DNA of 13,621 bases from an uncultured bacterium (lineage in GTDB: Bacteria; Hydrogenedentota; Hydrogenedentia; Hydrogenedentales; JAEUWI01). Of this stretch, positions 7,114 through 13,621 are shown one piece after another. The notes under the pieces are model-generated. The model was not told where the DNA came from, ran no database searches, and saw only the letters and a program-made list of their open reading frames with translations. A program made the position numbers and the translations under genes. Positions within the stretch are counted from its first letter, which is position 1, and every line of letters starts with the position of its first letter. The stretch lies in assembly GCA_963977445.1 (NCBI GenBank), contig CAXBPH010000191.1, forward strand, positions 1 through 13,621, written 5' to 3'.

Positions 7114-8574
7114 ATGGGGCACGCCATGGAGCGCGGCTATCAGGTCGAAGACTATCAATCGGCACTCACCTTTGTTGCGCGAGAAGATCGCGACACGGTA
7201 TTGCCCGAACAAGTCGTGCAGCAATTCTGGTATGACTTCAGTCCCGCAGCGGGCGCTTTGGAAACTCTCGAAGGACATCGTCTGGAAGTCCTTTCACCCG
7301 GTTGGTGGAATCACTGCGCGGGACCCGACTTCCAAGGTGCCCAGCTCAAGTTCAACGGAACCCTTTTTACGGGCGACGTTGAAATACATCTTGACCAACA
7401 GTGCTGGCGACAGCATGGCCACGATGGAGATCCCCGCTACGACGAGGTGTTACTCCATGTTGTCCTCAACCCACCAAGCAATCCTGATGCCCTAATCCAA
7501 ACCGCATCCGGCCGTATCCTCCCCCATCTCGTCCTCGATTCTTTGTGCGCCATAGAACGGGGTGGATTACGCCCCCTGGAAGATGTGGAGAATCACCCCG
7601 ACCTGGCACCCCGGTGCCACGGGAGCTGCAATCGCTTCGTTGCCGAAAACCGACCGGAGGTACTGACGGATTTTCTTCGTCTCTCCGGGGATTGGCGGCT
7701 CTTGAACAAAACCCGCTATGCACAAGCACGCATTGCGGCAGTCGGTGCCAACCAGGCCGCTTACGAACTCATTGCGCGGGCCCTGGGCTATCGGAATTAC
7801 GCAGACATCTTCGAACGGATTGCACGGGCTCTTCCCTATGAACGGGCCATTCAGCTGGGTCGCCAGGAGCCCTTCCTACTGGAAGCCGCCCTGCTTCACC
7901 TGGCGGGCTTGCTGCCCACAGACGAGGTGATCATAGAATCGCTCCCTGCGCATGGGCAACGGCTGGTGGGACTGCGAGAAAAGCATTTTTCCCAGATGCA
8001 ATCACTCGATATCAGGTGGACTTACAACGGCGTGCGGCCCAACAATTATCCGGGCCGACGACTAGCGGGGCTCGCGGCGCTGGTCGGTCGTGTGGCCCGC
8101 AACGGGCTGATCGAAGACCTTGACCGCATCTGGAAGCTCGAAGAGGACCCACTGGCGCAACGACGGGCCTTTGAATCGCTATTTCCCGGCACCATGGGAT
8201 TCTGGGCGCGACACTACCAATTGGACCGACCGGCCATGTCCGTTTCGACGGCGCCCGTCGGCACAGGACGGGTTCGATCCATCATCGGGAATGTCATGGT
8301 ACCCATTGCCCTCGCCAGGGCCCGGGATGGTGGACACCGGAGTTGGGAAGATGCAATCCAGCGGTTCTATCGGGCCCTCCCCATGGAGCCGGACAACCAG
8401 ATCTACAAGCGTATGCTCCCCCGTATTCTGGGCGATCATGCCATGCGCTTTAATTTTCGCACCCAGCAGGGCGTGCTCCAACTCCACGAAGACTGGTGCA
8501 AGACCAACCCCAGCTGCAAAGACTGTTCGCTGCTGGCCTACCTGGAGGGACGGGACCGCACGGCCCATACCTGA
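7114..8574 (+). CDS. DUF2851 family protein
   Basis: Characteristic 'LEVLSPGWWN..AGPDF..A......GDVEIH....W..HGHDGDPRYDEVLLHVV', 'ALGYRNY', 'VRPNNYPGRRLA', 'FW..HY', 'IIGNV' and 'QQGVLQL...WC.....C..C'. Start is either GTG 7102 (overlapping the upstream TGA) or ATG 7114 (GAGGTG RBS at 7099-7104). ATG 7114 is preferred. Confidence 0.85.
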   Translation: MGHAMERGYQVEDYQSALTFVAREDRDTVLPEQVVQQFWYDFSPAAGALETLEGHRLEVLSPGWWNHCAGPDFQGAQLKFNGTLFTGDVEIHLDQQCWRQHGHDGDPRYDEVLLHVVLNPPSNPDALIQTASGRILPHLVLDSLCAIERGGLRPLEDVENHPDLAPRCHGSCNRFVAENRPEVLTDFLRLSGDWRLLNKTRYAQARIAAVGANQAAYELIARALGYRNYADIFERIARALPYERAIQLGRQEPFLLEAALLHLAGLLPTDEVIIESLPAHGQRLVGLREKHFSQMQSLDIRWTYNGVRPNNYPGRRLAGLAALVGRVARNGLIEDLDRIWKLEEDPLAQRRAFESLFPGTMGFWARHYQLDRPAMSVSTAPVGTGRVRSIIGNVMVPIALARARDGGHRSWEDAIQRFYRALPMEPDNQIYKRMLPRILGDHAMRFNFRTQQGVLQLHEDWCKTNPSCKDCSLLAYLEGRDRTAHT

Positions 8575-9593
8575 TTGAGCGCCGCGACTATCATGGAAAA
8601 TTGCAACTGAATCTGTTGCGCCATGGGAAAGGTCCGCAAGTTAAACGCCTGGGCCAGTGCGCGCAGTGCCTCCTCCGTTCCCGCTGCCCGAGCTTCAATA
8701 AGGGCATCGCGAAAACGAAACAAAACGGGGTCATCGAGTGACGGAGGCACGTCCAACAAAAACAACGGCAATTCGCTCACCATACACAAGGGGTCATCAC
8801 CCGTCGACATGGCCACCTCCATAGAACTTGGACGAAATTTGGCGGCCATTTCCAGGTCCTTCTCCCCCTCGAAAAAGGCCCGCATGGCAACACTACTCGG
8901 TGTGGTGGCAAAACCTTCACCAATCCGAGTAAAGCCTTTGGCACCGTTGCGGTCGATTTCGTGGAAACCCAGATGATGTAGTTTCGTAGCGGCGACGAGG
9001 TCTTCCGTCATGGCTTCGGCCCGGTTCGCCCAGGGCGCGTTAAGCAAATACCAGGCACCTTCTGCCCAGGCCATCCCATGAAGAGAAAAGTGAGCCACCA
9101 CGGGCGCATGATGCCAGAGAAAGGGAATCGCTGCACGACATTCGGGGCGCGCAACGACGTCCTCCAAAAAACCGAATTCCACGTCGTCACCCGGGGCCTC
9201 ACGAACCGCATTGCCCACGTAAGTCACAAAATCCGGATTGGCATCAAACCAGCCACGGTTGCTATCCGCGCCGTCGGGATTCATCTGCGGTGCTACCCGA
9301 AAACTGAATTTTTCTAGCAAATCCGGTGCATACTTCCGTAACAACACGGGGAGGATTTGGGCGGTCATCGGACCTACCGGTTCATCGGCGTGACACCCTG
9401 CCGTAATGGATACCACCAGCGAACCTTCGCCCATGGTGTACCCCAGGAGGGGCTGGTCTGACCGGGAAGTCCCAAAGGTAGTCACGTTGATATCCGAGAT
9501 ACCATCGAGAAAACCCGCCAGTGATCGGGAATCCCGAAAAGCAATTGCTTCCGGAGGCAATACACAATGGGCTACGGACTGCGCATCTACCAC
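8538..9593 (-). CDS. M14 family zinc carboxypeptidase-like protein
   Basis: Zn ligands HxxE in 'AGCHADEPVG', 'PQMNPDG', third ligand in 'FSLHG', candidate catalytic Glu in 'VSELP', and N-terminal 'GTSRSDQPL'. GTG start with AGGAG RBS. No signal peptide seen. Confidence 0.82.
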   Translation of the reverse strand: MVDAQSVAHCVLPPEAIAFRDSRSLAGFLDGISDINVTTFGTSRSDQPLLGYTMGEGSLVVSITAGCHADEPVGPMTAQILPVLLRKYAPDLLEKFSFRVAPQMNPDGADSNRGWFDANPDFVTYVGNAVREAPGDDVEFGFLEDVVARPECRAAIPFLWHHAPVVAHFSLHGMAWAEGAWYLLNAPWANRAEAMTEDLVAATKLHHLGFHEIDRNGAKGFTRIGEGFATTPSSVAMRAFFEGEKDLEMAAKFRPSSMEVAMSTGDDPLCMVSELPLFLLDVPPSLDDPVLFRFRDALIEARAAGTEEALRALAQAFNLRTFPMAQQIQLQFSMIVAALNQVWAVRSRPSR

Positions 9594-9637
9594 GGCGATA
9601 CAGCTCCTCTTTGGTTTTTACGATACGGGCGGAGGCG

Positions 9638-10705
9638 TCAGGGTGAACCTGGCCCAACGACGGGGAGTTCTATTCGCATGATCGTACCACCATCTTTGCG
9701 GGGCTCCATCCAGATCGTACCACGATGCTCATGAACGATACCGTAGGCCACGCTCAACCCCAATCCCATGCCTTCACCCAGGGGGCGCGAACTGAAGAAC
9801 GGGTCAAAAATTTTGTAGCGGATCTCTTCGGGAATCCCTGAACCACTGTCCATCATTTCAATGAATATTTTGTTTCCAGATAGCCGTGATTTGACCCAAA
9901 AATTGCGTTGCCCTGCAGGAACTTCCAATAGCGCCTGGTGAGAATTGTGCAGTAGATTCAGGAAAAGCCGCCGCATGGCCGAAGGCTGCACGTTGGTCAT
10001 GGGCACATCGCGAGACAAATCGAGGTCAATTTCGACCCCGTCCACCTTCATCTGGTAGGAGCGGAGCGCTACGACCTCTTCTAACAAGGTTTCTATGTTC
10101 GCCGACTCATATTCATTGCCAAAACTGCGGGTAAAGGAGAGCATGTTGGCGATAATTTTTCCACATCGATCGGCCTCCTCGGCGATGAGGGCAATGCGTT
10201 TCTTTCGTTTCTCGTTGGTCTCCGTGGCCAATAGGAGTTCCGCGTAACCAAGTATGGCTGTCATGGGATTATTCAGCTCATGGGCAACGCCGGCGACGAT
10301 ATTATCCATCGCCGCCAGTTTCTCCGACTGAAAGACCTGCTTATCAATTTGACTGGTAGCATCAACCCGTTTAAGCAACGCAATATGCCGGAGCATTTCA
10401 CCACCATCACGAACGAATGAAACATCGATAGATACATCGCGATTGTCCTCGAAAGAAATAAGGTAACGCCCGTTGGCACGAAGTCCGCCTCCTTCGCCCC
10501 GAAAATCGGGAAGAAACGCGATAACCCCCTCGGCGGGATTCACATCCAATCGCATGCCGAGCAACGCACTTTCGGAAGGAAAGCCGAGCATAAGCGCCGC
10601 TTGGCGGTTCGCATGAAGTACGGTCAACTCCACATCAATTACGAGCACACCCTCACTCGTGTTCTCTATAATACGTTCGGCGTATTCTGTAGCCCAGTGA
10701 GTCAC
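9638..10705 (-). CDS. Soluble PAS-domain sensor histidine kinase (PAS-HisKA-HATPase_c, NtrB-like)
   Basis: PAS start 'IIENTSEGVLVID...ANRQAALMLGF', H-box 'QSEKLAA...GVAHELNNPM', N-box 'FLNLLHNS', G1 'DSGSGIP', F 'IFDPFFSS', G2 'GMGLGLSV'. GTG start with GGGAG RBS. No transmembrane segments. Confidence 0.92.
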   Translation of the reverse strand: MTHWATEYAERIIENTSEGVLVIDVELTVLHANRQAALMLGFPSESALLGMRLDVNPAEGVIAFLPDFRGEGGGLRANGRYLISFEDNRDVSIDVSFVRDGGEMLRHIALLKRVDATSQIDKQVFQSEKLAAMDNIVAGVAHELNNPMTAILGYAELLLATETNEKRKKRIALIAEEADRCGKIIANMLSFTRSFGNEYESANIETLLEEVVALRSYQMKVDGVEIDLDLSRDVPMTNVQPSAMRRLFLNLLHNSHQALLEVPAGQRNFWVKSRLSGNKIFIEMMDSGSGIPEEIRYKIFDPFFSSRPLGEGMGLGLSVAYGIVHEHRGTIWMEPRKDGGTIMRIELPVVGPGSP

Positions 10706-10798
10706 CTGTGACTCTCCCTTTTCTGTTCATCAAACGTTGTCCACATTGAAATGTCCTATAAGAACATCAACCCACACCGTTACCCGTAGATACCCCCG

Positions 10799-10820
10799 AA
10801 AAAGACCGTGGAGACGGCCC
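10799..10820 (-). terminator. Possible weak intrinsic terminator downstream of the WecB/TagA gene
   Basis: Minus strand gggccgt-ctcc-acggtct-tttt: 7-bp stem including two G-U pairs, followed by a short U run, ~35 bp after the stop at 10854. Confidence 0.3.
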
Positions 10821-10853
10821 AGAAAAAGCTTCCTTGCCCCATAACTTGTAACG

Positions 10854-11675
10854 CTAATCCTGCGCGCTAACATTTTCCTTTTGACGCCATTCGCGCCAAA
10901 GCAATACCAGAAAATAGGCATCGCGAATCAAGTAACGCTTCCCCATACGGACGGGCTCTTGCAGAATTCGCCAGGTCCACTCAAGACCAACACGCTGCAT
11001 CCATTTCGGCGCCCGCTTTACGCGGCCCGCCACAAAATCCAGGGAAGCGCCCACACCAAGACAGAGCTTCGCGCCACAGTCCTGGTGATATCGCCAATTC
11101 CAAAGATCCTGCTTGGGAGCACCGAGAGCCGTGTAGCAAATATCGGCACCAGACTCGCGAATCAGGTCCAGGGCCTTTTGGTTCTCAACCGGATCCTTTT
11201 CAAAACCAAGTGGCGGCGAGTAGGTACCCGCCACTTTCAGTCCGGGGTATTTTTCCTGGAGAATCTTGCCTGCCGCGTCACCAACTCCTTCGGCCGCGCC
11301 AAGAAGAAATACGGAATAGCCCTTCTCTGCGGCGTATTCACTCAACCAGTAGAGGAGATCCGAGCCGCTGATTTTTTCTTTGATGGGCTTGCCAAAAAGC
11401 CGACCTGCCCACAATATAGGAACACCGTCGGCCAGTACAAATGCAGCATCGTAGTAGGCCTGCCGGAACAATTCGTTCTTCGCAAACTCGACGGCATGAT
11501 CCACATTGGGCGTAACGACATAGCCTTGTTCGCCCGCTTCAATATGCTTTCCCATGGCCTCCAGCGTTTCCGCCAGGGTCAGATTATTGATGGGCATACG
11601 AAAAAGCGTGGTGCTTTCCAGGTCGCCTGAGGCACAGCGGGGATTGGCCGCATCATTATGAAAAACTTCCGTCAT
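10854..11675 (-). CDS. WecB/TagA/CpsF family glycosyltransferase (GT26)
   Basis: Motifs 'VVTPNVDH', 'LADGVPILWA', 'KISGSDL', 'VFLLGA', 'SPPLGF', 'ALGAPKQD', 'GVGASLDFVAG..KRAPKWMQRVGLEW..R...EP.R...RY'. ATG lies 3 nt after the GT4 stop. Confidence 0.93.
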   Translation of the reverse strand: MTEVFHNDAANPRCASGDLESTTLFRMPINNLTLAETLEAMGKHIEAGEQGYVVTPNVDHAVEFAKNELFRQAYYDAAFVLADGVPILWAGRLFGKPIKEKISGSDLLYWLSEYAAEKGYSVFLLGAAEGVGDAAGKILQEKYPGLKVAGTYSPPLGFEKDPVENQKALDLIRESGADICYTALGAPKQDLWNWRYHQDCGAKLCLGVGASLDFVAGRVKRAPKWMQRVGLEWTWRILQEPVRMGKRYLIRDAYFLVLLWREWRQKENVSAQD

Positions 11676-11678
11676 GGT

Positions 11679-12839
11679 CTAACCTTCGTTCGGGCTCGTG
11701 GCGCTACCGACGTTTCGAATGATATCTACCGTTTGCTTCACGGTGTCTTCCCAGTTATACATCTGCGCTCGTGCTTTCCCCCGCGCGATACACTGCTCCC
11801 GCAACGTCGTATCGGTCAATGCCTGCTCCAGGGCGTCCGCCATAGCAGCCGTGTCGTAGGGGTCAAACAGCACAGCGGCGTCACCCGCAATCTCAGGGAG
11901 ACAGGAAATATCGGCACAGGCCACCGGAATGCCACAATTCATGGCTTCCACCACGGGAATGCCGAATCCCTCGAAGAGGGAGGGAAACGCGAAGAGGTCG
12001 GCCCCCTGGTAGAGTGCCGGCAAATCCTCGCTTGGCGCAAAGCCGGTAAAAACGATGGCATCCGCACAAGCACAGGATTCGGCCACGGCGTGCACTTCCT
12101 CTGCACGGCTCCAATCACTGCCCGCCAACACCAGCGTGTGGGGCAAATCCGTCCGTGCCTTCAACGCAGCAAAGGCTTCAATAAGTCGAATGTGATTCTT
12201 GCCGGGATGGTCAATACGCGCGATATAAAGAATATAGGGCGTCTCGACACCATAGTTTTTCGCTACCAGCGCCCGCGCAGCATCCCCATCGCCCGGTTGA
12301 TAGGTCTCGTGATCGACACCATTCAGGGTGACCGAGACCTGCGTTTCGGGCAGGCCCGTGTAGGAGACGATGTCCTCTTTACTGGTTTCACTTACGGTGA
12401 GGATATGGGTCTGACGGCGGAGTAACTTGGGCAACACCCGCAAATTGTAAAAGCGATGTATGGCGTCATATTTATCCGGTACGTGGAGAATACCCAAATC
12501 GTGACAGGTCACCACCGTAGGGCAAGGCAACTGCCAGGGCAGCCGACGGTTTCCACCGGGGATGAAAACCACGTCATACTTATTCTTACGGCAGAGACTG
12601 GGCAGTCCCCATTGGTGCCAGAAGATGTTGACCGTAGCAGAACGAAGCCACTCCGCCTGACAAATCGTCGTAAAGGCGGGGTCGTGGTCCGTGTAAACCG
12701 CTTTCTCATCTTCGTAGAGGATTACGTCGAAGGTCATATCGGGCGCCAGCTCACGACAGTGGCGCAAGAATTGAATGATGTATTGGCTTACACCCGATTT
12801 ACCACCATCCCCGCCGAAGGTCGTTACCAGTACCCGCAT
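11679..12839 (-). CDS. Glycosyltransferase family 4 (GT-B, retaining; possibly a mannosyltransferase)
   Basis: Motifs 'VVTCHDL', 'TVSETSKEDI', 'NGVD', 'KNHIRLIEAF', 'FPSLFEGFGIPVVEAMNCGIPV' (EX7E), 'LPEIAGDAA' and 'YNWE'. Start moved from TTG 12854 to ATG 12839, where GGAG serves as RBS. Confidence 0.92.
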   Translation of the reverse strand: MRVLVTTFGGDGGKSGVSQYIIQFLRHCRELAPDMTFDVILYEDEKAVYTDHDPAFTTICQAEWLRSATVNIFWHQWGLPSLCRKNKYDVVFIPGGNRRLPWQLPCPTVVTCHDLGILHVPDKYDAIHRFYNLRVLPKLLRRQTHILTVSETSKEDIVSYTGLPETQVSVTLNGVDHETYQPGDGDAARALVAKNYGVETPYILYIARIDHPGKNHIRLIEAFAALKARTDLPHTLVLAGSDWSRAEEVHAVAESCACADAIVFTGFAPSEDLPALYQGADLFAFPSLFEGFGIPVVEAMNCGIPVACADISCLPEIAGDAAVLFDPYDTAAMADALEQALTDTTLREQCIARGKARAQMYNWEDTVKQTVDIIRNVGSATSPNEG

Positions 12840-12944
12840 CCCTGTCTTCTCCAATCATTTCGTTGACTGAGAGGTCACTTAACTTGGCGCTTGTGACCAT
12901 AGATCCACAAACTCGATGCATGGTAGCGGAATGGCATCGCCAAA

Positions 12945-13621
12945 TCAATCTGGAAGGGCACAAGACACAATATGTAGTCCCTCGGCAGCCTCTCCATACG
13001 GTGCGGTGTATAAGAGTAGCCCTTCGGGCCCCATGGCAAGTGAATTTCCTATGCACTTCCTGCCCGCCCAGGGCCCACCCGAAATGACACCCACATTGCT
13101 TACGCCGATGATCGTCAGGCCATGCTCACGGGACAGCACACGGTACGCATCGCGCCACAATGCACCGTAGGGTTCTTTCGAGTTATCATGGTCTGATGGC
13201 ACGGCCCAGGCGCAGGGCGAGAGAATCATTTGCCCTCCCAAGGCAGCAAGTCGGTCGCCCAGCGCTCGCGTTTCGGGAAAATTATCGGCACATATCAACA
13301 ATCCCACCTTACCCCACGGGGTTTCCGCGATGGACACCTCCTCGCCCGGTGTATAGAGGTCCCGGGCGATACCGAGTATATTGACCTTTCGATGTTTCAG
13401 GACGATCTCCCCTACTGGACTCAATAAAATCGCGGCATTGTATATTTGGGCTCCTGCCCGCTCCGTCAATCCGGCCACGACGAAAATATGATGGGATCGG
13501 GCGGCTTTGGCCAACACGTCCGACACGGCACCGGGAATCGTCGTTGCCCCCTCGCGGGCACGAGGGTGGGTCCAACCAAAATCGAGACATTCCGGTAAAA
13601 CAACGATATGGCACCTTTCGG
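12945..13621 (-). CDS. Carbon-nitrogen hydrolase (nitrilase superfamily), 5'-truncated by window
   Basis: The frame of the 193-aa ORF stays open to the window end (...ERCHIVVLPECLDFGWTHPRAREGATTIPGAVSDV...). The full Glu-Lys-Cys triad is visible: 'VVLPE', 'KHRKVN' and 'LLICAD'. 'YNAAILL' and 'GNSL..GPEG' are also present. Confidence 0.9.
   Translation of the reverse strand, partial: ERCHIVVLPECLDFGWTHPRAREGATTIPGAVSDVLAKAARSHHIFVVAGLTERAGAQIYNAAILLSPVGEIVLKHRKVNILGIARDLYTPGEEVSIAETPWGKVGLLICADNFPETRALGDRLAALGGQMILSPCAWAVPSDHDNSKEPYGALWRDAYRVLSREHGLTIIGVSNVGVISGGPWAGRKCIGNSLAMGPEGLLLYTAPYGEAAEGLHIVSCALPD

Noticed and set aside
10881..12866. Plus-strand ORFs of 249, 255 and 136 aa opposite the glycosyltransferases
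   Set aside because: Antisense shadows with no family motifs. The minus-strand genes explain the region fully.
1..13621. CRISPR array, tRNA/rRNA, IS/integrase, prophage or defence system
   Set aside because: No regularly spaced repeats, cloverleaf signatures or such protein motifs were seen. Nearly all sequence is accounted for by the listed CDS.

Overview
Gene-dense, moderately GC-rich bacterial chromosomal segment with 11 supportable CDS. In order: 3' end of an SLC13/DASS transporter (+); ArnT-like GT-C glycosyltransferase (-); mannose-1-phosphate guanylyltransferase (+); aldo/keto reductase (-); stand-alone molybdopterin (DMSO reductase family) oxidoreductase (+) abutting a DUF2851 gene (+); then a co-directional minus-strand run read from the right end: carbon-nitrogen hydrolase (partial), GT4, WecB/TagA/CpsF glycosyltransferase, soluble PAS histidine kinase and M14 zinc peptidase. 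I found no rRNA, tRNA, CRISPR array, transposase, integrase or phage gene. The window looks like mixed housekeeping and cell-envelope DNA, and I cannot honestly claim a clear novel system. The best leads are: (i) DUF2851 with a PD...ExH nuclease-like N-terminal motif and an EndoIII-like Cys cluster, coupled to an orphan Mo enzyme with a probable Asp at the usual Cys/Sec ligand position; (ii) a perfect 33-bp palindrome with GGAG feet resembling a collapsed REP doublet; (iii) an ~80-aa helical insertion in the ArnT-like periplasmic domain; (iv) an atypical M14 peptidase behind an orphan kinase. All family calls are from motif recognition by eye, with no database search.
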